From assembly GCA_031385045.1 (NCBI GenBank), contig JANNBC010000018.1, forward strand, positions 1-10,782: 10,782 nt of DNA. The letters are read 5' to 3'. Shown here one piece after another: positions 1 to 8,550 of this stretch. The notes beneath the pieces were generated by a model. It was given only the letters and a program-made list of their open reading frames with translations. It was not told the DNA's origin and searched no databases. This stretch comes from a bacterium. GTDB lineage: Bacteria; Bdellovibrionota_C; UBA2361; CALJRW01. The position numbers were made by a program, and so were the translations under genes. Numbering within the stretch: the stretch's first letter is position 1; every line of letters starts with the position of its first letter.

Positions 1-136
1 AAGCTAAGCTTCCAAATCGTAAAAATAAAAATAGAAGTTACCCTCGAGTTATTAAAAATGGCAAAGATCGTTACGAAAAGGCAGCAGTTCTATCAAAAAG
101 TAATGGCGTAACTCTGGAGGAAGGTAAGTGACATTC
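1..136 (+). mobile_element. Right (3') end of an IS4-family insertion sequence, truncated by the window edge
   Basis: Frame 3..131 encodes AKLPNRKNKNRSYPRVIKNGKDRYEKAAVLSKSNGVTLEEGK*, with an R-x-Y-P-R-V-x-K motif typical of IS4-group transposase C-termini. The stop lies within the terminus GGTAAGTGACATTC (reverse complement GAATGTCACTTACC, resembling the NAATG.. ends of the IS4 group). An identical inverted copy is at 10643-10778. Confidence 0.8.
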
Positions 137-147
137 GAGCCTGGCAC
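137..147 (+). repeat. 11-bp direct repeat GAGCCTGGCAC (copy 1), putative IS4 target-site duplication
   Basis: Immediately follows the IS end at 136. An identical copy at 10632-10642 immediately precedes the other IS end. The length fits IS4-group duplications (about 10-13 bp). Confidence 0.85.
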
Positions 148-237
148 TAGGGAAACTAGGGGAAAACTCAGGCTTAGCTGTACCAGAATTCGTATGCGTG
201 GAGAGTTTGTGTCCTTGAATCAATGCTCGACTATTAC

Positions 238-1680
238 TTAGGGTTGTCGAAATGAGAATTCGACAAGTTTTAGTTTATCATTATTATTAACCATATGGTT
301 CATCGGCATTTGGTGCCAAGCAATAACCATCCATATATTAGCAATAATAGTCCAGAGAGAAAGTATCGCGAGAAATGTATAACAGAACTTGCTTAATGAA
401 AAATCCACTCGCGCCATAAAAATTGCAAATCCGCTTATCAAGAATGGCAGAAATTCTGCAGCAAATCGCAGGGATTGGAAAAAATAGGTAAACATCAGGA
501 GTGCTTCTAATAGGAAAGCAAAACTGGCAAAGATCAGATATTTCGGAAGTTTAGGATTACTTGATTCAACACACAACCGTTTATTAAGAAGCCCAAAATA
601 TCCCATAAATGCACCAGCAATAATAAAGGGGGAAACTAGAAGTTGGGAGATTGAGTATTCGCGGTATCCATCAGTGAAATACTTTGTAGCTGGATAATAT
701 ACATAGGAAAGGGAAAAGAAAGGGAAATTCTGCTGAGGTATAGGTAGCAGGAGGAAATAATTTAAAAAGCCAATATGGGTTCTAAGTACGTTTAAAATCC
801 CTCCATACTTTTCGATGGGTTTTCCGCGCCAGAATAAATCGTGAGTAAAGACAGTCCAGTCGCCGTAGCGGCAATCGTTATACCAGAGCTGGAATCCAAG
901 ACCCAAAGATATGGGAAGGAGCAGGGCAAAAAATCTTGCGCTGGCTGCTAGCACAATGTCTTTTGAAAAATTAGACTGTTTAAAGAAAAGCCAACTCTCG
1001 CCAATGAGTATGTAGACAAGGATAGCAAAAAGAGGAAGGGCAAAGGTTACACGTGACAGCAATGCCCCAGCACAACAAATAGAGAAAAGAACTAGTTGTC
1101 CCAGCCTGAGCTTGCGAGACCACAGACACCAGAGGCCCAGCAGGCTCCAGAAAAGTCCCCAAAGCATGGCTTCATGGTAAATGCTCATAGCGGAAAGTAA
1201 GAAAATGATTGGGGTTCCAAGTGCAAATGCCAGCAAGGTCAGTATTAGAAAGTAGCCAGCTTGATTAGAACTGGAGCTGTTATGCCAAAAGAAACTGCGC
1301 CCAAGAATTCCTACAAAGGCGAGTACTGAAAAAAAAGCAGCAAGCAGGCCTGAAAAACGGCTGAATTTACCAGTTTCTACAGAAACGAAAGCAGAGCTGA
1401 CAATTCGTAGTAGAGCTGGAAAGGAGCCAAAATACATAGTCGGCTTGCTGTTTGTGAAATGTGACTCGTTCCCTAAGGTTGAGGGAGAAACAGAGCAATC
1501 GCCATGGATTAGGCTTTCTGCAAGTGAATCAAAGGCGGCACTATGGCTTTCATAATCAAAAAGGTTTCCACTGAGATGGGTCGCTACCAGAAAGTACACT
1601 GCCAAAATGATAACAAGAGTTAGCACTTTGCAGATTTGCCATATCGCTAGATGATTAATTAACCTGATCATAAAATTCAA
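238..1680 (-). CDS. Polytopic membrane protein, putative GT-C-fold glycosyltransferase (480 aa; alternative ATG start at 1671)
   Basis: Roughly 10-12 hydrophobic segments. Acidic loop after the first TM (FDSLAESL...ESHF...MYFGSFPALLR), mid-protein YHEA, and late RFAAEF, as in GT-C/PMT-like hypothetical proteins. Confidence 0.7.
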   Translation of the reverse strand: MNFMIRLINHLAIWQICKVLTLVIILAVYFLVATHLSGNLFDYESHSAAFDSLAESLIHGDCSVSPSTLGNESHFTNSKPTMYFGSFPALLRIVSSAFVSVETGKFSRFSGLLAAFFSVLAFVGILGRSFFWHNSSSSNQAGYFLILTLLAFALGTPIIFLLSAMSIYHEAMLWGLFWSLLGLWCLWSRKLRLGQLVLFSICCAGALLSRVTFALPLFAILVYILIGESWLFFKQSNFSKDIVLAASARFFALLLPISLGLGFQLWYNDCRYGDWTVFTHDLFWRGKPIEKYGGILNVLRTHIGFLNYFLLLPIPQQNFPFFSLSYVYYPATKYFTDGYREYSISQLLVSPFIIAGAFMGYFGLLNKRLCVESSNPKLPKYLIFASFAFLLEALLMFTYFFQSLRFAAEFLPFLISGFAIFMARVDFSLSKFCYTFLAILSLWTIIANIWMVIAWHQMPMNHMVNNNDKLKLVEFSFRQP

Positions 1681-1777
1681 ATTACTAATAATGATTTAGT
1701 AAGTCTAGTAGAGAAAATGATCAGTAAACTCCCGTTCCACGATGGGTACTCTGATTTTTCTAGCGACTATTCCATTA

Positions 1778-3259
1778 TCAAGGCAAACATACTCTGTTAT
1801 TTAGAAATCCTGGACTCCCATTGCTAGCGTATCTTCGAATTTCCTGAGTATTACAATTTGTTAGCGAGAATTGTGAAGCAGGGCATTCAGGCTGGCATTT
1901 ATTTGGAGATTCTTGATATGTGCGCACAAGATAGACTTTGTGACCGAGGCAGGCGTCAAATTCAGTCTTGCTATTCTCACTAAAAAATTGTGCATTTGAT
2001 GAAAATTTCATGAATAATTCTTTTTGTAACTCAGAACGTTCACCTTTTTCGAGCGGGATATAAACGCACAGGTGCTCAAGACTAGTGGCGCTTGAAAGAG
2101 TAGCCCATTGCACAAGTGGGACACCGGGAAGTACGGTCCAGCCACTGTTGTAAAGTTCATCTGTGACAATCTTTGGCCACCACTCCATTTGGGTGCCCGC
2201 GGCAGCATATAGATTAGCAAGTGGAACTGTGTAGGAAAGGATAACAAGCACAGCAAAATATTTTGATATATCGATTAGTATGAGAGAAAGGGCAACAAGT
2301 CCAAGAGTAATAGCTGGATAGAGGTAGCGCGCAAAGAGATTATTGTCTGCATTCTGGGTAAACAGAATGAAAAAAATGGAAAGGAAAGAAAGAAATAAGA
2401 TCCAACAATCCCTCTTTCTTGCCAGTATTTTTAGGAACGAAGGATTTTTAGCCAGTGTAAATATAAGTAGAAGTAAACCTAATGGGCTTAGATAAAAGAT
2501 CCAGACCCAGGTGAAATCATCAATAGCATTGAGCTTGATCTGAATGTTGCTTATATTAAAGATCTCGCCTATTCCTCCAAAATTTATACGGCGAAGAACT
2601 ATCAATGCAGTCGCAACCTGATTAATAGCCAAACCCAGAAGCATCGCTAAAATGAATATTATTCGCCCGTTCATTCCAAGTACTTGCCAAAAACAGATGC
2701 ATAGAATAGCCAGAGCGGGCAGGGTGGTTTGTTTACCCCAGGCAAGTGCAACCGTTATAAGAAAAAGTATCAGTAAATATTTCCTTAGAGGACCGAAATA
2801 ATCGATGCGTATGAGTGTCCCATACAAGATCAACAGTAAGGGAATAAGTAGGCTCTCCATCATGAGCTGGGTTGCAGACAATAGGTAAAGTGGCGAAATT
2901 AAAATAGCTGCAAATAAGATGATTCTTTGACTGCAAGACAAGCGTTGTATACTGAATACAAGATAGCTTACAGATATTGCGTGTAAGGTAATGAACAGCC
3001 AGTAGAGAGAAATGTATTTTAGGTGACCAAAGATAGTACCAATTTGGGTAACCCAAAGATAATTTATAGAATAGAAAAGAAATGGTTTTCCTGTATAATG
3101 TGTGTCACCAAATATTCCAGCAGCGCCAAACTTTCCCAGATCAGGTCCAATATACTGATTCTCATCAACATGGAAGCCCCAATTTCGCAGCATTAGTGCA
3201 AAAAAGAGAACTCCGCAGCCGACCAAGCAAAATAGTGTTAATTCAATCGATTTATTCAT
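1778..3259 (-). CDS. ArnT/PMT-like (GT-C) membrane glycosyltransferase with a Cys-rich C-terminal soluble domain (493 aa)
   Basis: DExxY (VDENQY) after TM1, GKPFLFY (KPPL-like), MMES, WGKQT and late ARYLYP, the motif layout of ArnT/GT83-GT39-like enzymes. Multiple TMs are followed by a ~130-aa hydrophilic tail with six Cys. Confidence 0.75.
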   Translation of the reverse strand: MNKSIELTLFCLVGCGVLFFALMLRNWGFHVDENQYIGPDLGKFGAAGIFGDTHYTGKPFLFYSINYLWVTQIGTIFGHLKYISLYWLFITLHAISVSYLVFSIQRLSCSQRIILFAAILISPLYLLSATQLMMESLLIPLLLILYGTLIRIDYFGPLRKYLLILFLITVALAWGKQTTLPALAILCICFWQVLGMNGRIIFILAMLLGLAINQVATALIVLRRINFGGIGEIFNISNIQIKLNAIDDFTWVWIFYLSPLGLLLLIFTLAKNPSFLKILARKRDCWILFLSFLSIFFILFTQNADNNLFARYLYPAITLGLVALSLILIDISKYFAVLVILSYTVPLANLYAAAGTQMEWWPKIVTDELYNSGWTVLPGVPLVQWATLSSATSLEHLCVYIPLEKGERSELQKELFMKFSSNAQFFSENSKTEFDACLGHKVYLVRTYQESPNKCQPECPASQFSLTNCNTQEIRRYASNGSPGFLNNRVCLP

Positions 3260-3499
3260 TTTTTTTAAATATTAGTTCTCGGACTTTTAGTCCAGAAGGA
3301 TTCTGCCAGCGAGTAGTATAATTCATATTTTGTTTCTCAGTATCTGTTATCTGAAAAATTTGCCTCCTCACCAGAATGTGTGGGTAAGTTTTGGCTCAGG
3401 CAGTGCTCCCATTTGATGGCATAGTGCGATTTCAAGCCCTCTGAAGGTTCTAAAACCAGCAGCTTTTCTGATAGTGAGTTTAGCTTTACAGTTAAATCC

Positions 3500-4653
3500 C
3501 TTGATGAATCCGTAGTAGTAAAGAGCATTAAAATCCCAGCACCTGAAATTAAAGACTTAAACCCTGATGAGTACGAGTTAATTAAAACTAATTACCACTA
3601 TGAATTAGCACAAAAGCCAGCAAGCTACATGGTGATTGAGCATATTCAAGATGTAGTGAAGATTAATGATAAAATAGTTACTGCTCCACGGGTTGGCTCT
3701 GTCCTTTCTGGTAGTTATGCCGATGTTAGCCTTCTATCTAATTTAATTATTGATAAATTTCAGTATCATTTACCACTTTATCGCCAGCACCAAAGAATAG
3801 CGGCTGCTGGGATTAAGATATCCCGAGTTAGTTTAACTAATTATGTACATCAGTCATTAGATTTACTGGAGCAAATTTATTATGCGCAGTTAGATTTGAT
3901 AAAACCTTTGGATGGATGAGACTCCAATCAAAGCTGGTCATAATAAAGAGAAAAAGAAATTAAAGTCAGGGTACATTTGGAGTTTGTATGGGAAGAAAAA
4001 GGAGGTAGCTTTTTGGTATCATGAGTCGCGTGGTACAAAGGTGATTATGAAACTGCTAGCTAAGGACTTTAAAGGAACATTAGTTACGGATGGCTATGAG
4101 GCTTATAGTAATTACACTAAAGACCTTTCCACAGTGGAGCATGCTATGTGCTGGTCACACACGAGATGATTATTTCTAAAAGCAGAGGAGCTGCAACCAG
4201 AGCTAGTAACTAAAGTTTTAAAATATATTAGGTTATTATATCAGGTGGAAGAATCCATTAAGAACAGAAGCTAACAGTTTAACTTTACTTCCGAGCGATC
4301 TATTTACTAAAGCATGTAATTATTTTTTTAAGCATGAGGCTGAACTTCGAGTATTTTTATCTAATCCAAGTGTAACTATTGATACTAAGCATTTAGAGCG
4401 AGAAATTCGTCCGATTGCGATTGGAAGAAAAAACTGGCTTTTTTGTTGGACAGAAATTGGTGCTCATTACGCAGCGATTGCTTACAGCTTAATTGCGACT
4501 TGTAAGTTGCACGATGTAAAACCATACGAATATCTAGTTGATGTCTTGCAAAGAGTTAAAGATCATCCGCACCAACAGACCCAAGAATTAATTCCAAGGA
4601 ATTGGAAACAGAATTTTCAACATAAAAAATTAATTTCAGCAATCGATCTTTAA
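3500..4653 (+). pseudogene. tnpC: Degenerate IS66-family transposase TnpC (5'-truncated, frameshifted, internal stops); left boundary approximate
   Basis: Fragments: DESVVVKSIKIPAPE...ELAQKPASY, DKFQYHLPLYRQHQR, MDETP, LVTDGYEAY, CWSHTR* (stop 4167-4169), and LEREIRPIAIGRKNWLFCWTEIGAH...LIPRNWK ending TAA 4651-4653. Frameshift near 3900-3912 and a probable internal deletion near 4270. Confidence 0.92.
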
Positions 4654-4676
4654 GGACGCTGATTTTAACCGCTTAC
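4651..4676 (+). repeat. Right terminal inverted repeat of the IS66 remnant
   Basis: ...GATTTTAACCGCTTAC ends at 4676 (reverse complement GTAAGCGG..., the canonical IS66 GTAAGCG end) just after the tnpC stop. No matching left end found. Confidence 0.8.
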
Positions 4677-4794
4677 ATTTGAGCTAATCTCAATCACAGT
4701 GTTTAGCTTTATACCAGCTTTGGTTTTACGAAACTTTGCCCAAGGAAATAATGTTAAACACAGATACAATAGGGCTACAACTACTTTTGCTAAA

Positions 4795-6231
4795 TCAATC
4801 AATGCAACTGCTATTTGTTTTCTTACTCAGCCTGAAAAAGTGCCAAAACCCTACCAGTTGAATAAGGGCAAGTGGAAGCACGCTTAGTAGACCACTCAAG
4901 CCTAGCAATGAAGCTAGATTGAATTTGTAAAAGGAGCTGTATGGATTTGGAAATGATGGGTAACCCGCATCGGGGAAGTCATTAGAAAAAAAACGAGTCA
5001 GAATAGTTGCAAGTGGGGTTTCGTTTTTTATACCCGGCATGACATCAATTACCGTAACTGCAAAAATAATAGAATAGGAAATCCCCATTATAATTAGAAA
5101 TAGTTTTGGCATTTTTATATATAGTCCGATCGAATATACGGATAGGAGTATCATGGCCGGAAGCATATACCTGGGCCCATAGCAATTGCCACCGTGCCAT
5201 CCATTGAAAGTAAGCATGAAGGCAAAAGAGCAGGTGATAATAATAGCGGGCAGAGTATCTTTTGATAGTAACAGGGGAAACCTTAAAAGGTGTCTTCTTA
5301 ACAGAATAAAGAGTCCGACCAGCACTAGTGGTTGACTAGGTAGAAAAGCACGATTGCTCCAAAATAAAACTTTAATAAGGCGGCTCAAATCTGGGGTGTC
5401 GAATACGCCCAGAAATAATCTACTGTCCGAGAAATGTATTTGATAAAATCGATTGTTTCTAAAAGGTGATCCAAAGTTTATTGTCGCGTAGATCCAAAGC
5501 GGTAGAAGTGCAACGAAACATGCGCAGCCTACATATATGCTATATTTACGAATATTTTTGTTCAAAGCCAGAGACAGGATTACAAATGTAACAATACAGA
5601 TATTTGTGGAGTTGGCCAAAAAGCTTGCCCCTAAGGTTAAACCAAGAATAATGGCATATTTTTTAGAGGGATTCTTCCAAAGGCGGCACCACAACAAGAC
5701 CAGCAGTAGTAGCAAGTAGGATTCAAATACATGTAGAAATCCAACAGTTGAGTAAGGAAAGAGCATTGTAGACAAGGACAAGCAGTAGGCTAAAAAAATT
5801 GCCTGGTATGGAGTTATCTTCGGCCATAATAATTGAATCAAAGAAACCAGTAGCACGGATAGAAGCGCACCCCACAAAACCGATACGAAAAAAGTGATAA
5901 ATTGTATACTTAAAAGCTGAAATTGTGCGCTTGTAGTATCTACTCCAAAAGTCACACTGCAATAATAAAAAACTGCGTAGGGAATCGAAGCAAAAAATAA
6001 AACGCTTGGGCTCTTGTTGGAAAATACCTTGCCATTATAAATGCTAATATCTTTGTCAATACTTTGCCACTCCTCTATTGTTACGTCTCCAGACTCGATA
6101 AAGGATTTTATTTCGCCAATCGTTGAATTCTGGTTATGTCCACCACCCTGGGAAAAATATGTAAAGGAAAAAAGCGTAATAAAAAATAACAGCCAGATGT
6201 TTCTTTTGAAGGGTTGAGGATCGGTTCGCAT
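4795..6231 (-). CDS. Polytopic membrane protein, putative GT-C-fold glycosyltransferase (478 aa)
   Basis: ATG start with upstream GGAG RBS and about 11-12 TMs. Loop GGGHNQNS...DISIYNGKVFSNKSP and late WHGGNCYGPRYMLP (WxGGxxxGPRY), characteristic of GT-C-like proteins. Confidence 0.75.
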   Translation of the reverse strand: MRTDPQPFKRNIWLLFFITLFSFTYFSQGGGHNQNSTIGEIKSFIESGDVTIEEWQSIDKDISIYNGKVFSNKSPSVLFFASIPYAVFYYCSVTFGVDTTSAQFQLLSIQFITFFVSVLWGALLSVLLVSLIQLLWPKITPYQAIFLAYCLSLSTMLFPYSTVGFLHVFESYLLLLLVLLWCRLWKNPSKKYAIILGLTLGASFLANSTNICIVTFVILSLALNKNIRKYSIYVGCACFVALLPLWIYATINFGSPFRNNRFYQIHFSDSRLFLGVFDTPDLSRLIKVLFWSNRAFLPSQPLVLVGLFILLRRHLLRFPLLLSKDTLPAIIITCSFAFMLTFNGWHGGNCYGPRYMLPAMILLSVYSIGLYIKMPKLFLIIMGISYSIIFAVTVIDVMPGIKNETPLATILTRFFSNDFPDAGYPSFPNPYSSFYKFNLASLLGLSGLLSVLPLALIQLVGFWHFFRLSKKTNSSCID

Positions 6232-6506
6232 TTATTCTCCAATTAAGTATTTTATACGCTGAACGCAAAATCACCAAGAGCTACTAAAGTAAAGCTCTTC
6301 TACACCAGTCACAATCAAAATAAAGATTTTTTGACTGTTGCTGTAGGGGGACTAAGAAAGTAAAGCAAAAGTGCAGATCCGTAAATCCTGTAGCTTTCAA
6401 ACCGCAGAAATCCTAAAAATCTTGTTATATCGCAAGCTTAGTAAGTTACCAGTCAATGAGTCAGCCCACAAATACTTTGAACGAGCCGAAACAGCAATGT
6501 CTAAAG

Positions 6507-7043
6507 CTAGGGCTCTGGATTAATCCCATAAATTCTTTCTATCAAAACCTTTCCCTGCATAAAGCTTTTACCTCTAGCACTGAGAAAATACCTGTCTCCA
6601 GCCTGAGTCACATTTCCAGTAATAATTTGTTCCTTCATTCTTCGTCTAACAGCACTTTTTCTGCTCACATAATCTGCTTTAAAAACATTCTCCATTTGCT
6701 CAAGAGTTAATCCTTGTAGGGAACTAGCTTCTAATTGCGAAAGCAAGAAGGTCGAAACTGAACGTTCAAATGTCACTGGAAATACTATTAGAAATGTAAT
6801 ATTGAATGAAAATGCCAGGGCACAGATACAAACTACGTCCTTGATGTCCAGCTTAAATAATGAAAGACAGAAAGAACGTATGGCATTGGCTATCAGGAAC
6901 TGAAGAATCGCACAAACAACAGCTATGGCTATCCCGCGATAAAACAAGATTACATATGATTCAAAAAGTGGCGTATGGAAGAGCAGAGGAAAACTGAATA
7001 TTCCCATAGCAAGTGCTAATATGTATGAGCAGACAGTTCGCAT
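6507..7043 (-). CDS. Hypothetical membrane protein (3 N-terminal TMs plus a possible winged-helix-like C-terminal domain), 178 aa
   Basis: Hydrophobic N-terminal half, then PVTFERSVSTFLL...RRRMKEQIITGNV...YFLSARGKSF. The ending resembles the Y-x-L-T-x-x-G wing of wHTH folds. Purine-rich GAGG/GGAG lies upstream of the ATG. Confidence 0.7.
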   Translation of the reverse strand: MRTVCSYILALAMGIFSFPLLFHTPLFESYVILFYRGIAIAVVCAILQFLIANAIRSFCLSLFKLDIKDVVCICALAFSFNITFLIVFPVTFERSVSTFLLSQLEASSLQGLTLEQMENVFKADYVSRKSAVRRRMKEQIITGNVTQAGDRYFLSARGKSFMQGKVLIERIYGINPEP

Positions 7044-7274
7044 ATCTCCGAATTAATTACCTCTAAACTCTCTACAATCTAAAGCAAAAGGCCGTTGTCA
7101 ATTAACGATGGAAACACCTAGCTGAAATTAATCATCTAGGTGTTTATGAATTAAGTAACTTAACTCTCCTAGACAGAGAGTCAATCTATAGGATGCGTAG
7201 TGCTAGACATAGTTTTCGAGAAATAGGCAAATATATTTGCCGAAACCATTTGACTGTTAGCAAGGAGTTAAAAA

Positions 7275-7296
7275 GATAGGAAATCATAAACCCCCC
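7275..7296 (-). other. Putative oriIS end of an IS91/ISCR-like element
   Basis: + strand GATAGGAAATCATAAACCCCCC (minus strand GGGGGGTTTATGATTTCCTATC) resembles the TTCCTAT-containing oriIS of IS91/ISCR elements. It lies about 200 bp downstream of the transposase stop, the usual position. Confidence 0.7.
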
Positions 7297-7491
7297 TCTC
7301 TGTGAATTTCGTAGAATCAGTCTAACTTTGCTGATACCACCTGATCAACAAGTAGAAATAAGCAAATCTCAAACAGTGAATCGTGATATTCTGAGTTGAG
7401 TAACAAGATATGGGTAAACTCTAAGCTGTGCAAGGGAGGAATTGTTAGATTGAGGTAAAAAAAGTCCAAAAAGAATTAAGTCTGCCTAATT

Positions 7492-8182
7492 TTAAGCAAC
7501 ACAAGAAAAGTTATCAGGGTAGATATCTTGATTAAGATCCTGATCAAAATCAAGAGTAGCGGATTGAATTTCTGGTGGAGGATGCCTGCCTCGCCATAGC
7601 GTAGCGACGGCGGGAAAGTTAGGGAGTTTAAGATTTTTGATAATCTTCTGAATTTCGCTCCAGTCAGTGATGAAGGCAATAATCTTCATCATCCCACCAC
7701 ATTTTTCACAAACTAAGGGGTCAACTTCGTAGATACGCTTAATGAGGGATGCCCAAGATCTGTTGATTGATTTAGGTTTGTCGGTATCATCAAGAATGAT
7801 AGTTTGATCCTCATACGCTACAATTCTCCTTTTTCCTCTGGTTCTAGCTGAGTAGTAGCCGTAGTACCTAATAGTCTGCTCGTATTTATTGGGAATGTGT
7901 GCTGATAAGGTAGCAAGGAACTCCAGTGGGTCAAACACAGCCTTAGCCAAATGAGTAGAGTCATGTTGATAGCTGATAGTATTATCAACTATCTTGATTT
8001 TATCATTCTCGACAGGGTTTCTATCGATGTAGCTAGAGATAAAAAGCCTAGCGTTAGACTCATCAGCATAAATGGTATCTCCCAGCCAAACATTAAACCC
8101 AGAGTGCTTCTGAGAGAGGATTTGATCTACTGTATGCTCAGTGATTAGCTCTAGTTCCAGTAAGGCTTTTAGTACTTTGTGT
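7492..8182 (-). pseudogene. IS91/ISCR-family rolling-circle transposase, C-terminal part only; truncated by IS66
   Basis: Motifs HSGFNV, SYIDRNPV, FDPLEFLATLSAHIP, IRYYGYYSARTRG and WASLIKRIYEVDPLVCEKCGGMMKIIAFITD. The N-terminal Zn-binding and HUH region is absent. The first ~35 aa of ORF 7492..8286 come from the antisense strand of the IS66 left end. Confidence 0.9.
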
Positions 8183-8271
8183 GTAATTCCCCCACTGGCA
8201 CCATACCTACCGCAATTTGAGTAATCCTGAGATAACCCTGTTTGTAATTTAACAAACGAGGGATATTTTAA

Positions 8272-8550
8272 ATGAAGAGTAATCAAGACGGTGAATGGGA
8301 AGTAGTAATTAAAGATTGGGAGTCGAGCGAACTATCTCGGAGAGAGTATTGCAAGCGGAGTGGTATTAAGGAGCATCAACTAAGTTACTGGCATCAGAAG
8401 CTAGGGAAGGTAACTGAGGAATTGCCTAAGTTTGTATCAATATTAAACGTTAATAGTTGGATTGAGCTAGAAATTGGCAAGGTGAAACTAAAACTACCAG
8501 TGGAACTGTCCAGTCAGCGAATATCAGAGATAATAAAATGCTTAAGTTAA
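8272..8550 (+). CDS. tnpA: IS66 accessory protein TnpA (HTH)
   Basis: WEVVIKDWESSELSRREYCKRSGIKEHQLSYW pattern; first ORF after IRL; GAGGG RBS. Confidence 0.9.
   Translation: MKSNQDGEWEVVIKDWESSELSRREYCKRSGIKEHQLSYWHQKLGKVTEELPKFVSILNVNSWIELEIGKVKLKLPVELSSQRISEIIKCLS

Noticed and set aside
137..220. ~37-codon minus-strand frame that would run across the reconstructed 137/10631 junction (LIQGHKLS...SARLLILESRIF*)
   Set aside because: Too short, TTG start without a clear RBS, and expected by chance; not evidence of an interrupted gene.
4732..4760. dif/pdif-like site (TAATGTTAAAC resembles a XerD arm)
   Set aside because: The XerC arm and spacer are poor and there is no partner site; plausible by chance in AT-rich DNA.
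148..7100. Integron cassette array (co-oriented genes with palindromic spacers)
   Set aside because: No paired RYYYAAC...GTTRRRY attC boxes after the stops, spacers are not similar to each other, and there is no integrase.
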